DNA of 32,000 nt from Flavobacteriaceae bacterium (GCA_965224465.1 OZ245049.1:3270001-3302000); one strand, 5' to 3'. Positions 1-10,313 are shown, counted from the first letter of the stretch. Notes: generated by a model not told the origin, from the letters alone. Translations and numbers: made by a program.

Positions 1-578
1 TAGTAAAGGAAGAACAGCACTTAGTCCATGTAGGTTTGGGCTATAGTTTTAGAAAACCACAAGAGAATCATGCTTATGGTTACAAGGTACGCCCAGAAGT
101 ACATATTGCGAATAAATATATTAAGACGGATGTTTCTGATGTTGATCATGTCACTTTACTAAATGTTGAAGCGGCATGGGTGGCAAATTCTTTTTCTTTA
201 CAAGGAGAATATGTAAAAGCCAAAATAAGTGCTGCTTCTGATCAAGAGTTTTCCAGTTATTATACACAAGCTAGTTATTTTATAACCGGTGAAAAAAGAG
301 TGTATAAGAATTCATTAGTAGGGTTTGGGCGGGTGAAACCACTAAAAAACTTTGGAGATAGCGGGGTTGGAGCTATTGAGTTGGCATTGAGGTATTCTGC
401 TATTGAAGGGATGAATAACGATCAAATGAATATTGTTACAGCAGGCGTAAATTGGCACCTAAACCCAGCAACTCGAGTGATGGTGAACTATGTGATTTCA
501 TCAATTGATAATACGACGGATTATTTGGGGAAAGGAACGTTTCGTGCTTTTCAATTTCGTTTTCAGTTAGATTTTTAA
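1..578 (+). CDS. Phosphate-selective porin O/P family outer-membrane protein, C-terminal part (5' end outside window)
   Basis: Frame 3 is open from base 3, so the TTG at 36 used by the ORF track is probably internal. The sequence is beta-strand rich, ends in ..FRFQLDF, and has segments typical of PF07396 porins (GAIELALRYS, AGVNWHLNPATRVMVNY). It lies directly upstream of pstSCAB-phoU. Confidence 0.75.
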   Translation, partial: VKEEQHLVHVGLGYSFRKPQENHAYGYKVRPEVHIANKYIKTDVSDVDHVTLLNVEAAWVANSFSLQGEYVKAKISAASDQEFSSYYTQASYFITGEKRVYKNSLVGFGRVKPLKNFGDSGVGAIELALRYSAIEGMNNDQMNIVTAGVNWHLNPATRVMVNYVISSIDNTTDYLGKGTFRAFQFRFQLDF

Positions 579-864
579 TCCCTTATTGAGGGTTTAACAC
601 CAATTTAATCATATAATATCGCGTCACTTGTTTTTTTTACACCCTAATTGTAAAAAAAATAATTCAATATAATGATGCGACTTCACAAAAAATAAAAGGA
701 TGTAATTCTGCGAGGTGCTACCTCGAAACAGAAAAAAGTCTTCGGAAGTACACGTTCGAGCCTTTGAGGTATACTTAGGGATACTAAATGTGTTTCTTTA
801 GGACTGTTTACATTGGGTATTTGGATGTGTTTTTGTTATAACCCTCATAAAAGAGGTATAGGAA

Positions 865-895
865 AGAGGGTAGTTTTAAAACGTCCCTCTTTTTT
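865..895 (+). terminator. Orphan Rho-independent terminator-like hairpin (agaggg..ccctct followed by T5)
   Basis: Stem 865-870 pairs with 885-890, and the intervening gtttt/aaaac can extend the helix. A T5 tract follows at 891-895. There is no annotated plus-strand gene between 579 and 864. Confidence 0.5.
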
Positions 896-1145
896 ACGTA
901 ATTAGGAAAGGATGCATGTTTGTATTGTCAAAAAAATGACGGTTTTACACCTTAAAAACAAGTAGTTGCGAAAAATTTATTTGGTATTATTATTATCAGT
1001 GTATTTAAATAAGTGAGATCACTTTAAGATAGCGTAAAACACCTAACATTAACTTTACATAAAAAACTCTTTTTAATTATCTTTAGCTAACAATCAAGTT
1101 ACATCTGTTGCCTTATTTTGTAAAATAAATTAAGAAATAAGACAA

Positions 1146-2102
1146 ATGAAAAAAATACTTTTTTTAGCAATTTTTGCTGCTGCAATTGTTGCATGTGGAA
1201 AAAAATCAACAAAGGATAAGCAACTTTCAGAAGGTGAAACAGTATTGTCAGGGACTATTAAAATAGATGGTTCTAGTACTGTATTTCCTGTAACAGAAGC
1301 TGTTGCAGAAGAGTTTAGGTCTGTAGCTCCAGAGGTTAAAGTGACTATTGGAATATCAGGTACAGGAGGAGGATTTAAAAAATTCTCTAGGGGTGAAACA
1401 AATCTTTCCAATGCGTCTCGTCCAATAAAAGACAAAGAGAAATTGGCTTGTGAAGCTAATAATATCAGTTATTTAGAATTGGAAGTTGCTTATGATGGTT
1501 TGGCTGTATTGGTCAATCCAAAAAACGATTGGGTAGATAGTTTTACCGTGGAAGAGTTGAAAAAGATTTGGGAACCAGCAGCGCAAGGTGTTATTATGAA
1601 ATGGAATCAAATTAGACCAGAATGGCCTAATAAAGAGATTCATTTGTTCGGTCCTGGTGTAGCCTCAGGAACCTATGATTATTTTACCAAAGCCATTGTA
1701 GGAAAAAGTGGGTCAAGTCGGGGTGATTTTACTGCCAGTGAAGACGATCACGTATTGGTACAAGGGATTGCAGGAGATACCTATTCTTTGGGGTTTTTCG
1801 GGTTGGCTTATTATAGCGAAAACAAAGATAAATTAACCTTAATAGGTGTTCATAATGGAACAGAAGTGGTGAAGCCAACGTTGGAAACAGTGAGTAATGG
1901 TACGTATAAGCCATTATCTAGACCACTTTTTTTATATGTAAATAGTACTTCTGTAGCGTCAAAAGAAGTGGTGTCATTTGTTCATTTTTACTTGGAAAAT
2001 GCAGGTGAATTATCAAAAGATGTAGGCTATGTTCCATTGCCAGCAGCGAAGTATAAAGCACAAAAAGAACGTTTTAACGCTTTTGTTACAAAAAACAAAT
2101 AG
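1146..2102 (+). CDS. pstS: Phosphate ABC transporter substrate-binding lipoprotein PstS
   Basis: Lipoprotein signal peptide (..[10 protein letters not shown]). PstS-family motifs GSSTVFP and GTGGGF. First gene of the pstSCAB-phoU operon. Confidence 0.9.
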   Translation: MKKILFLAIFAAAIVACGKKSTKDKQLSEGETVLSGTIKIDGSSTVFPVTEAVAEEFRSVAPEVKVTIGISGTGGGFKKFSRGETNLSNASRPIKDKEKLACEANNISYLELEVAYDGLAVLVNPKNDWVDSFTVEELKKIWEPAAQGVIMKWNQIRPEWPNKEIHLFGPGVASGTYDYFTKAIVGKSGSSRGDFTASEDDHVLVQGIAGDTYSLGFFGLAYYSENKDKLTLIGVHNGTEVVKPTLETVSNGTYKPLSRPLFLYVNSTSVASKEVVSFVHFYLENAGELSKDVGYVPLPAAKYKAQKERFNAFVTKNK

Positions 2103-2168
2103 AAATTTATAATCACGCGGAAATCAATTGTTTTAGAACCGTTGATTTTTGCGTTTAAGAAATTAATA

Positions 2169-3047
2169 ATGCGTAAATTTAGAGAAGGTATTATTGAAAA
2201 ATCCTTATTGACAAGTGCTTTAATTACAGTTGCTGTAACCATAGGTATTGTGTCTGTACTTGCTTTTGAGGCCGTTCGGTTTTTTAGAGAAGTATCTATA
2301 GTTGATTTTTTTACAGATACCCAATGGACACCTTTATTTTCCGATAAGCATTATGGTATATTACCGTTGCTTAGTGGGACTTTTTTAACTTCAGCGATCG
2401 CTATTTCTTTAGCTTTACCTATAGGTTTGTCGATTAGTATTTATTTGAGTGAATATGCTCCTAAAGGGTTTCGGAAAACGGTGAAACCGATGTTAGAACT
2501 CTTGGCGGCTATTCCTACAGTTGTGTATGGCTTTTTTGCCTTGATTGTAGTTACTCCATTCTTACAAGGTATATTTCCTACCTTATCGGGTTTTAATTCA
2601 TTATCAGCAGGGTTGGTTATGGGGGTTATGATTATTCCATTTATTTCTTCGATCAGTGAAGATGCGTTGCATGCAGTTCCAAGAGAATTGCGGGAAGCTT
2701 CGTATGGGATGGGGGCGACCAAGTTACAAACAGCTTTTAAGGTAGTGGTGCCTGCAGCATCATCAGGGATTATAGTTTCTATTATTTTGGCTATTTCTAG
2801 GGCTATTGGAGAAACCATGATTGTGGCGGTAGCTGCTGGACAGCAACCTCGTTTTACATTGGATCCAACAGTGCCTATAGAAACAATTACAGCTTATATT
2901 GTACAAGTGAGTTTGGGTGATGTTCAACATGGATCTATCGAATACAGAACTATTTTTGCAGCGGGAATTACCTTGTTTGCATTCACTTTTATTTTGAATA
3001 CGATAAGCTATAGTATTCGAAAAAAATACCAAGCCAATTATGAATAA
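2169..3047 (+). CDS. pstC: Phosphate ABC transporter permease PstC
   Basis: Multi-TM permease with an EAA-type loop (EASYGMGATKLQTAFKVVVP). The ATG at 2169 is preferred over the TTG at 2142 given in the ORF track. Operon context. Confidence 0.88.
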   Translation: MRKFREGIIEKSLLTSALITVAVTIGIVSVLAFEAVRFFREVSIVDFFTDTQWTPLFSDKHYGILPLLSGTFLTSAIAISLALPIGLSISIYLSEYAPKGFRKTVKPMLELLAAIPTVVYGFFALIVVTPFLQGIFPTLSGFNSLSAGLVMGVMIIPFISSISEDALHAVPRELREASYGMGATKLQTAFKVVVPAASSGIIVSIILAISRAIGETMIVAVAAGQQPRFTLDPTVPIETITAYIVQVSLGDVQHGSIEYRTIFAAGITLFAFTFILNTISYSIRKKYQANYE

Positions 3048-3894
3048 GATACAAGTAAATAGATGGAAAGATCAGTTGTTTAAAATCTGGGGCATCGCAT
3101 GTACCTTATTTGGACTGATTTTATTAGTGGTTTTTATTGGGGATGTACTGATTGATGGAATACTGCGTATTGATTGGGGGTTTATCACAAATTTACCTTC
3201 TAGAAAATCAGAAAAATCTGGTATTTATACTGCGCTAATGGGGAGTATCTGGATTTTAGGATTGACGACAGTTATTGCTTTTCCTATTGGAGTTGCAGCA
3301 GCAGTTTATTTGGAAGAATATGTCAAGAAAGGTTGGTTCTCTGCCTTGTTAGAAATCAACATCTCTAATTTAGCAGGTGTTCCTTCAATTATTTATGGTT
3401 TATTAGGTTTGGAGATATTTGTTCGGATTCTAAATCTCGGGGCAAGTGTTTTGGCAGGAAGTCTCACCTTGTCTTTGTTGATATTGCCCATTATTATTGT
3501 AGCGACTAGAGAGGCTATAAAGGCAGTTCCTAGTTCTATTCGGGATGCTTCCTACGCTTTAGGTGCCTCAAAATGGCAAACTATCTGGTATCAAATTTTA
3601 CCTGCTTCCAGTGGAGGGATATTAACAGGTGTCATCCTATCTTTATCTAGAGCGGTTGGGGAAACAGCACCCTTAATTGTGGTTGGAGCCTTGGCGTATG
3701 TTCCTTTTGCTCCGAGCAATCCTTTGGACGAATTCTCAGTACTACCGATTCAAGTATTTAACTGGATTTCAAGACCACAACACGGATTTATAGAAAATGC
3801 AGCAGCTGCAATTATCATTTTATTATTAGTAACTTTTATGATGAACGGTGTCGCTGTTTATTATAGGAACAAATGGCAAAAGAAATGGAAGTAA
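3040..3894 (+). CDS. pstA: Phosphate ABC transporter permease PstA
   Basis: Permease with the loop [20 protein letters not shown]. Its start overlaps the pstC stop in the sequence atgaataa. Confidence 0.9.
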   Translation: MNKIQVNRWKDQLFKIWGIACTLFGLILLVVFIGDVLIDGILRIDWGFITNLPSRKSEKSGIYTALMGSIWILGLTTVIAFPIGVAAAVYLEEYVKKGWFSALLEINISNLAGVPSIIYGLLGLEIFVRILNLGASVLAGSLTLSLLILPIIIVATREAIKAVPSSIRDASYALGASKWQTIWYQILPASSGGILTGVILSLSRAVGETAPLIVVGALAYVPFAPSNPLDEFSVLPIQVFNWISRPQHGFIENAAAAIIILLLVTFMMNGVAVYYRNKWQKKWK

Positions 3895-4712
3895 GTTTAG
3901 AAAAAGATAACATTATGAACACAGATAATGCAGTGGTACATGAAAGTGTTGATCTACAGAAACCTAAAATATCTGTAAAAAACACCAAGGTTTGGTATGG
4001 CGATTTTGAAGCGATAAAGGGAATCAGTATGGAGATTAAACCCAATTCTGTAACTGCTTTTATTGGGCCTTCGGGTTGTGGTAAATCTACTTTTTTGAGA
4101 TTGTTTAATAGGATGAACGATTATGTAGATGGATTTAGCATGGAAGGGAAAATTAAAATTGATGGCACTAATATTTACAAGAAAAAGATACGTGTAGAAG
4201 CGCTTCGTAAAGAAGTTGGAATGGTGTTTCAAAAACCAAATCCATTTCCGAAATCTATTTTTGAAAATGTAGCTTATGGATTAAAAATTCAAGGGATTAC
4301 AGATAAGAAAATTCTTAGTACTCGTGTAGAAAAAGCATTAAAACAGGCAGATTTATGGGGGGAAGTAAAGCATGATTTACAAAAATCAGCCTTGGCTTTG
4401 TCTGGAGGTCAGCAACAGCGATTGTGTATTGCTAGAACACTAGCTGTAGAGCCTTCCATTATTTTAATGGATGAGCCAACCTCTGCGTTGGATCCGATAT
4501 CAACGGCTAAAATTGAAGATTTGATTTTTGAGTTGAAGGAGAAATACACCATTATTATTGTGACTCATAATATGCAGCAAGCGAGTAGAATTAGTGATTA
4601 TACTGCCTTTTTCTATTTGGGAGAGTTGGTAGAATACAATAAAACAAAAACAATTTTTACAAAACCTGAAAAAAAACGTACCGAAAATTACATCACAGGT
4701 AGATTCGGCTAA
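3873..4712 (+). CDS. pstB: Phosphate ABC transporter ATP-binding protein PstB
   Basis: Walker [13 protein letters not shown] signature LSGGQQQR, Walker [13 protein letters not shown]. An alternative start at ATG 3915 would remove the overlap with pstA. Confidence 0.9.
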   Translation: MAKEMEVSLEKDNIMNTDNAVVHESVDLQKPKISVKNTKVWYGDFEAIKGISMEIKPNSVTAFIGPSGCGKSTFLRLFNRMNDYVDGFSMEGKIKIDGTNIYKKKIRVEALRKEVGMVFQKPNPFPKSIFENVAYGLKIQGITDKKILSTRVEKALKQADLWGEVKHDLQKSALALSGGQQQRLCIARTLAVEPSIILMDEPTSALDPISTAKIEDLIFELKEKYTIIIVTHNMQQASRISDYTAFFYLGELVEYNKTKTIFTKPEKKRTENYITGRFG

Positions 4713-4721
4713 ATAAAAATT

Positions 4722-5387
4722 ATGGAAAACACAAATTACCAAAAAGAGTTGTTAAGTCAAGCAGGTATAGATATGATGTCTCTTTGTATTTCTCAGTTAG
4801 GGAAAGCTACAGAGGCCTATTTAAACAACGATGCTGATTTGGCGGAAGAGGTTATTTATACAGAGTCTCACGTAAATGCCTTGGACATTAGTATAGGGCA
4901 GAGTTGTGAACGTTTTTTAGCCTTGTTCAATCCAGTGGCGATCGATTTGAGATTTGTAATGGCAATGCTGAAAATTAACAGCGAATTGGAACGAATAGGA
5001 GACCATGCTTATGGGATTTCTAAATATGTTGTAATGGACGAAGATCCAACGCCTGCGCATTTATTTAAGGTCTTGAAATTTGAGGAAATGCATGTAATTA
5101 TCCAAGATATGTTTGATGATATTGTGGAGGCCTTTGTAAACGAAAATGTGAAGTCTGCAAGAAAGGTTTTTAAAAAAGACAAAATTTTGGACCTTATAAA
5201 TGCCGAAGCTTTTCGTGTTATTGAAGCTGAAATAAGAAAGGATATTAATATAACCGCCAAAGCATTACAGATTTCTTCAGTGATTAAGAAATTTGAACGT
5301 GTCGGAGACTTAATAAAGAACATTGCAGAAGAGATTATTTTTTACAAGAAAGCAGAACTTATAAAGCACAAAGGAAAGAAAAAATAA
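4722..5387 (+). CDS. phoU: Phosphate signalling complex protein PhoU
   Basis: Two PhoU repeats, each with an E..RIGD/RVGD motif (ELERIGDHA, FERVGDLIKNI). Last gene of the pst operon. Confidence 0.9.
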   Translation: MENTNYQKELLSQAGIDMMSLCISQLGKATEAYLNNDADLAEEVIYTESHVNALDISIGQSCERFLALFNPVAIDLRFVMAMLKINSELERIGDHAYGISKYVVMDEDPTPAHLFKVLKFEEMHVIIQDMFDDIVEAFVNENVKSARKVFKKDKILDLINAEAFRVIEAEIRKDINITAKALQISSVIKKFERVGDLIKNIAEEIIFYKKAELIKHKGKKK

Positions 5388-5556
5388 GAGGCTGAACGTA
5401 AAGCTTGTTTGGTCAGTATCAATTTAATTAAAAAACAGATTCTTGGCTTTTGGTCAGCCTCTTGGGTTAGTGCTTTTGTACTGTATAGTAGGCAATGCGA
5501 ATATAGCAAAAAAGATGTTAAAATCATTTCCTTATGCCTTGTAATTTAATAAAAAA

Positions 5557-5583
5557 CCCACCGATAGTATGCCTATCGGTGGG
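5557..5583. terminator. Bidirectional terminator hairpin between convergent phoU and sufS
   Basis: Perfect 11-bp stem cccaccgatag / ctatcggtggg with a 5-nt loop. It is flanked by an A-run on the left and ttt on the right. Confidence 0.6.
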
Positions 5584-5611
5584 TTTATGTAAATTCTAAG
5601 AATTAGGATAG

Positions 5612-6826
5612 CTAACTCAACATGTTAACAGCTCTTTCTAAAGCTGTGATAAATAGGTCGATCTCTTGCTTTGTATTGTAGAAGGCAAAAGAGGCACGGA
5701 CGGTACCTGGTATCTTGTAAAAATGCATGATGGGTTGTGCACAATGATGTCCTGTTCTTACTGCAATTCCTAATTTATCAATAATACTTCCAATATCAAA
5801 AGGGTGAATGTCCCCGACATTAAAGGAAATAACTGCTGTTTTTTGTGTGGAAGTTCCGTAAATCTTCAAGCCTTTTATAGCGAGTAGTTTCTCTGTTGCA
5901 TACGCTAATAATTCAGATTCGTAAAGAGCGATGTTCTCAAAACCAATTGTATTTAGATAATCCAATGCTACACCAAATGCAATTACACCACATATATTAG
6001 GGGTTCCTGCTTCAAATTTATGAGGTAAATCTGCATAAGTAGTTTTGTCAAAAGTGACTTCTTTAATCATTTCACCTCCTCCTTGGTATGGCGGGAGTTT
6101 TAAAAGGCACTTTTCTTTTCCGTAAAGAACTCCAACACCCGTAGGTCCACATATTTTATGTGCTGAGGTTACGTAATAATCTACATTTAAGGATTGCATG
6201 TCTGCTTTTATATGTCCAGCTGCCTGTGCACCGTCTATCAAGACTTCTGCCCCTACTTTATGAGCTTCGTCTATGATATACTGAATAGGATTTATAGTTC
6301 CCAAAGCATTAGAAACATGGTTTACAAACACTATTTTGGTACGCTTAGAGAGTAATTTCAGATATGCATCCATGTCTAATTCTCCCAATTCATTCATTGG
6401 AATAACACGTAAAATAGCCTCGGTTTTTTCACAAAGCATTTGCCAAGGAACAATATTGGAATGGTGTTCCATTGCTGAAACAATTATTTCATCTCCTTTT
6501 TGTAATAGTTGGCTGAATCCACTTGCTACCATATTGATACCGTGGGTAGTCCCCGAAGTAAAAATAATTTCAAAGGACTTTTTGGCATTCATATGTGCCT
6601 GCACTTTTAAACGTGCTTCTTCAAAAGCATTGGTCGCTAACTGACTTAAGGTATGGACACCTCTATGAATGTTTGCATTGTAATTGGAGTAGTAATCTAC
6701 AATGGAATCAATAACAATTTGAGGTTTTTGATTGGTGGCAGCATTGTCAAAATACACCAAAGGTTTTTTGTGAACCAGTTGATTTAGAATAGGGAAATCG
6801 GATCTAATTTTTTCAATGTCTAACAT
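5612..6826 (-). CDS. sufS: Cysteine desulfurase SufS (class V aminotransferase, group II)
   Basis: 404 aa. PLP-lysine motif SAHKICGPTG and catalytic-Cys segment RTGHHCAQP. Belongs to the suf cluster. Confidence 0.9.
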   Translation of the reverse strand: MLDIEKIRSDFPILNQLVHKKPLVYFDNAATNQKPQIVIDSIVDYYSNYNANIHRGVHTLSQLATNAFEEARLKVQAHMNAKKSFEIIFTSGTTHGINMVASGFSQLLQKGDEIIVSAMEHHSNIVPWQMLCEKTEAILRVIPMNELGELDMDAYLKLLSKRTKIVFVNHVSNALGTINPIQYIIDEAHKVGAEVLIDGAQAAGHIKADMQSLNVDYYVTSAHKICGPTGVGVLYGKEKCLLKLPPYQGGGEMIKEVTFDKTTYADLPHKFEAGTPNICGVIAFGVALDYLNTIGFENIALYESELLAYATEKLLAIKGLKIYGTSTQKTAVISFNVGDIHPFDIGSIIDKLGIAVRTGHHCAQPIMHFYKIPGTVRASFAFYNTKQEIDLFITALERAVNMLS

Positions 6827-6913
6827 AGTAAATAGTGCTGTAATCTCTTTTAATTGTTCAATGTTTTTATGCCCAGTCTAGTCTGTAAAATTTGCTTAGA
6901 ATGGTGCTATGAA

Positions 6914-6921
6914 CAAAAGTA
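6914..6921 (-). promoter_or_regulatory. Candidate Bacteroidota -7 box (TActTTTG on minus strand) upstream of sufS
   Basis: The plus strand reads caaaagta, whose reverse complement is tacttttg, matching TAnnTTTG. It lies about 88 nt upstream of the sufS start. Confidence 0.3.
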
Positions 6922-6955
6922 AGTAAAGTATTCCTAATACTCTTTATTTTTAATT

Positions 6956-6963
6956 TATCTTTG
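6956..6963 (+). promoter_or_regulatory. Candidate -7 box TATCTTTG for the serine hydrolase gene
   Basis: Exact TAnnTTTG match 24 nt upstream of the ATG at 6987. Confidence 0.4.
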
Positions 6964-6986
6964 AGAGATCACTAACGATTTTATCT

Positions 6987-8330
6987 ATGAAAAAAATTAG
7001 TAAGTACGGTTTTTTAATCCTGTTAATTGGTTTGACTATTGGTGTTTACCTCTATTATCCACGACTCAATATTATAAGTGGATACGCTGCAAAAAACATG
7101 GCGTCTAGTGTGTTTTTAGCGCATAGGACGGAGTCTTCTGTCTCAAAATTTGACAATAATTTTGATCCCATTAATAAAGCAGAAACACATGTGAACAGCA
7201 TTGAGAAATCCGCAAGTTCCAATTCGTTTGGAATTTTGAAACGTAGGGCTTTTTATAGAGAAGGATTAGGTGCTGTACTGGTAGATGATGATTTTGATAT
7301 ATCAGCGCCCTATTTAAAACCCTTGCGGAACAAAACACCTATACAATTGCCGTATCCGTATGGTGATTTAGCTCAAAAAGACACCGTGTTTGCAAATGTA
7401 GATTATCAAAAAATACAAGCGCTTGTAAATACTTCTTTTGATGTAAACGGACTGCGAATTCAAAAAACAAGATCCGTATTGGTAATTTATAAAGATCAAA
7501 TTATTGCGGAAAAATACGAAGATGGTATCGATAAAGAAACTCCAATTCTAGGATGGAGTATGACCAAGAGCATTGCCAGTACTATTGTTGGGATCTTGGT
7601 TAAGCAGCAAAAATTTGACATCTATAAGTCTGCTCCTATAGCTGCTTGGGAAAAAGATGATCGGTCTAAAATCACGACAGATAATTTATTGCAAATGAAT
7701 AGTGGCTTGGAATGGAATGAGGATTATAACACCATTTCTGATGTGTCTAAAATGTTGTTTTTATCGCGTGATATGACCATTGCCCAACGTGATAAGAAAC
7801 AAAAATATGCACCTGGAACACATTGGAATTATTCTTCTGGAACGAGTAATTTATTATCTAGAATTATCCGAAACCAATTCAAAACTCATCAAGAGTATTT
7901 GGATTATTGGTATGCAGCATTAATTGATAAAATAGGAATGTATAGCATGACTGTAGAGACAGATATGGCAGGGAATTATGTGGCTTCCTCTTATGGTTGG
8001 GCAACAACACGGGATTGGGCGAAGTTTGGATTGTTGTATTTACACAAAGGAAATTGGAATGGAACTCAGGTATTTGATCCAAGTTGGGAAACCTATGTAA
8101 AAACACCTGCACCTAATTCTGATAAGGGGTATGGAGGTCATTTTTGGTTGAATGCAGGTATGGGGTATAAGGATGTTCCTGCAACCATGTATTCCTGTAA
8201 TGGCTATCAAGGACAGCGGATTTCTATATTTCCGTCTAAAGATCTTGTGATTGTTCGTATGGGCTTGGCGAGTGGTAGTTCTTTTGATTTTAATGCGTTT
8301 TTGGGAGGTATTTATGGAGCGATTAAATAG
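6987..8330 (+). CDS. Serine hydrolase, beta-lactamase/transpeptidase-like family (membrane anchored)
   Basis: N-terminal TM helix. S-x-x-K nucleophile motif in GWSMTKSIAS, and a length typical of class-C-related esterases. Confidence 0.75.
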   Translation: MKKISKYGFLILLIGLTIGVYLYYPRLNIISGYAAKNMASSVFLAHRTESSVSKFDNNFDPINKAETHVNSIEKSASSNSFGILKRRAFYREGLGAVLVDDDFDISAPYLKPLRNKTPIQLPYPYGDLAQKDTVFANVDYQKIQALVNTSFDVNGLRIQKTRSVLVIYKDQIIAEKYEDGIDKETPILGWSMTKSIASTIVGILVKQQKFDIYKSAPIAAWEKDDRSKITTDNLLQMNSGLEWNEDYNTISDVSKMLFLSRDMTIAQRDKKQKYAPGTHWNYSSGTSNLLSRIIRNQFKTHQEYLDYWYAALIDKIGMYSMTVETDMAGNYVASSYGWATTRDWAKFGLLYLHKGNWNGTQVFDPSWETYVKTPAPNSDKGYGGHFWLNAGMGYKDVPATMYSCNGYQGQRISIFPSKDLVIVRMGLASGSSFDFNAFLGGIYGAIK

Positions 8331-8341
8331 GATTTATAAAT

Positions 8342-8854
8342 TTATCTAAAACAGTCCGTTTGGAGGTTAGATGCTTTACTCAAGCTGACTGCGTTTTTTT
8401 TGTTGAGTTATTGTCGCACCCTGTAATTATAAATCCAATTCCATAAAAAAAATTGAAAAGGGAGAAGTTTCAAGAATTTTTAGATATGAATGAAAATATA
8501 CTCGAAAACGTTAAAAATGTTTTGGGGATATATAAGCGTGGAAATACCGAGCTAATAGGTCTTTGTGGTTTGTTGACTAATGATGAAAATGACCGTGAAT
8601 TAGCATATCGATTTAGAGAAAAGTATTGGGGTAAAGGGTTTGGTTCTGAAATAACCAAGGGCTTAATAAATTTTTGCTTTTCAATTTTAAATTTGGATAA
8701 AATTACAGCCGATGTGTGTGTTAAAAATAGTGGGTCTGTTAAGATTCCTGAAAAATTCCTAAACCCAATAAAAGATTTTTATAACCAGAAAGATGCCTGT
8801 ATGGATAGAAGATATGAATTGACTTTGGGAGCATGGATGGAAAGAACGAACTAA
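8342..8854 (+). pseudogene. GNAT (RimJ/RimL-like) N-acetyltransferase carrying an in-frame TAA and lacking a convincing start
   Basis: The same frame reads ..VRLEVRCFTQADCVFFVELLSHPVIINPIP-TAA(8444-8446)-KK-LKREKFQEFL...YWGKGFGSEIT. The part before the stop is the normal GNAT N-terminus. The ORF-track ORF 8453-8854 starts at a TTG inside the domain. Confidence 0.55.
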
Positions 8855-8869
8855 ATTTCTAATAAAAAA

Positions 8870-8913
8870 CACCATTTAAATACGAGTATTTAAATACGAG
8901 TATTTAAATGGTG
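8870..8913. terminator. Bidirectional terminator hairpin between the GNAT remnant and sufD
   Basis: caccatttaaata ... tatttaaatggtg forms a 13-bp stem. The loop region contains a tandem duplication of atttaaatacgagt. Confidence 0.5.
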
Positions 8914-8938
8914 TTTAAGTAAATATAGTTTCTTGTTT

Positions 8939-10261
8939 TTACAAATTAAAACCGAGATTCACGCCTAATTTATCGGCAATAAATCCAGTAATGATAGTTT
9001 TAAGTTGAGGTATTTTTATTTTTTCAATCACATCATTTCCAAAGGCGTATAGCAACAAAGCTTTGGCTTCTTTTTTAGGGATACCACGAGATTGCATATA
9101 GAATAAAGCACTTTGGTCTAGTTGTCCAATAGTACATCCATGAGAACATTTTACATCATCCGCAAAAATCTCTAATTGAGGTTTGGAATTGATCGTAGCA
9201 CCATCATTTATTAAAATATTATTATTTTGTTGAAAGGCATTTGTTTTTTGAGCAGCTTGTCTTACAATTACTTTTCCGTTAAATACTCCTGTAGAGGTGT
9301 CTGCGTATATTCCTTTGTACAATTCATGACTCTCACAGTTAGGAGATTTGTGATCTACCAAGGTGTGATTGTCTACATGTTGATTTTTATTTAAAATAGA
9401 AATTCCATTTAAATGAGACGTAATTCGTTCTCCTTCGTGTTGGAATTCGAGGTTATTTCTCGTTAGTTTCCCTCCAAATGAAAAGGTATTTACAGAAGCA
9501 ACACTGTGTTGTTTTTGTTGTACATAAGTACTGTCTATCAATGTAGAATTATCGGTATCGTTTTGTATTTTATAATAATCTACAATGGCGCGTTTGTTTA
9601 CGAAAATTTCAGTAACAGCGTTTGTAAGGGTGTTGTTTTTGGAAAGGTTGTGGTGGCGTTCTATAATTTGAACGTGAGAGTTTTCACCTACCATAATAAT
9701 ATTACGTGGTTGTAATAACACCTCTTTTTCACTGCCTGTAGCGAAGTTTAAAATCTGAATAGGTTTGGAAACGACGGTGTTTTTAGGGATGTTTATATAG
9801 GCACCCTCAATGGCAAAAGCCGTGTTTAATTCAGATAAGCTATTGGTCTTGTCGGTAATTGTACTAAAATAATTGTCTATGATTATTTTGTATTTTGGTT
9901 TTGAAAGTGCTGCTGAAAGGATGCAAACATCACATTCATCATGCGTAGTTTCTGACAGGAAATTGTTAAACACACCGTCTATAAATATCAGTTTGTAACT
10001 GTCTATTTCGTTGATTAAAAATGGTTTTACATTCTTGTAGCCTACTGTTTCTTTTGTTTCTGTAAACAAGCTGAAATCTTGTTTTAGCAATGGGCGTAAA
10101 TTGGTGTATTTCCATTCTTCATCTTTCTTATTAGGGAATCCTAATTTTTCAAAATTTTGAATGGCTTTTGTGCGTATGTTGTGTATGGATGAGTCCAAGT
10201 CTACAATGCCTTTGTTTTCGAAGGCTATGAAGGAAGATATTAGTTTGTCTTTTAATTCCAT
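8939..10261 (-). CDS. sufD: Fe-S cluster assembly protein SufD
   Basis: 440 aa with the beta-helix-type SufBD C-terminal domain (..SKPQLEIFADDVKCSHGCTIGQLD). Lies downstream of sufC. Confidence 0.9.
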   Translation of the reverse strand: MELKDKLISSFIAFENKGIVDLDSSIHNIRTKAIQNFEKLGFPNKKDEEWKYTNLRPLLKQDFSLFTETKETVGYKNVKPFLINEIDSYKLIFIDGVFNNFLSETTHDECDVCILSAALSKPKYKIIIDNYFSTITDKTNSLSELNTAFAIEGAYINIPKNTVVSKPIQILNFATGSEKEVLLQPRNIIMVGENSHVQIIERHHNLSKNNTLTNAVTEIFVNKRAIVDYYKIQNDTDNSTLIDSTYVQQKQHSVASVNTFSFGGKLTRNNLEFQHEGERITSHLNGISILNKNQHVDNHTLVDHKSPNCESHELYKGIYADTSTGVFNGKVIVRQAAQKTNAFQQNNNILINDGATINSKPQLEIFADDVKCSHGCTIGQLDQSALFYMQSRGIPKKEAKALLLYAFGNDVIEKIKIPQLKTIITGFIADKLGVNLGFNL

Positions 10262-10313
10262 GGATGCTTTTTTGTACTGTATAGTAATAAATAATTGTAG
10301 TTGATAAATACTA

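Noticed and set aside
631-659. The recurrent motif TTTTTTACAC (631-642, 941-950, 13581-13590, 13667-13677) in the pst and suf upstream regions, and the A/T palindrome T8ACA..TGTA8 at 631-659, as candidate regulator sites
   Set aside because: The motif is low-complexity and A/T-rich in an AT-rich genome. It has no consistent spacing or orientation relative to the predicted -7 boxes, and it matches no binding motif that I know.
745-775. A tRNA-like T-arm (gttcgag) in the porin-pstS spacer
   Set aside because: The flanking bases cannot form a T-stem, and no acceptor or anticodon arms can be drawn.
1078-1085. A pstS promoter -7 box (TATCTTTA), and the inverted repeat TGTCAaaaaaaTGAC at 928-942 as a Pho box
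   Set aside because: The -7 candidate has a mismatch at the conserved G. The TGTCA repeat is inverted, not direct as in characterised PhoB boxes. The evidence is too weak to annotate.
8881-8908. The tandem repeat atttaaatacgagt x2 as a possible CRISPR or minisatellite
   Set aside because: There are only two units, embedded in the loop and arm of a terminator hairpin. There is no spacer structure.
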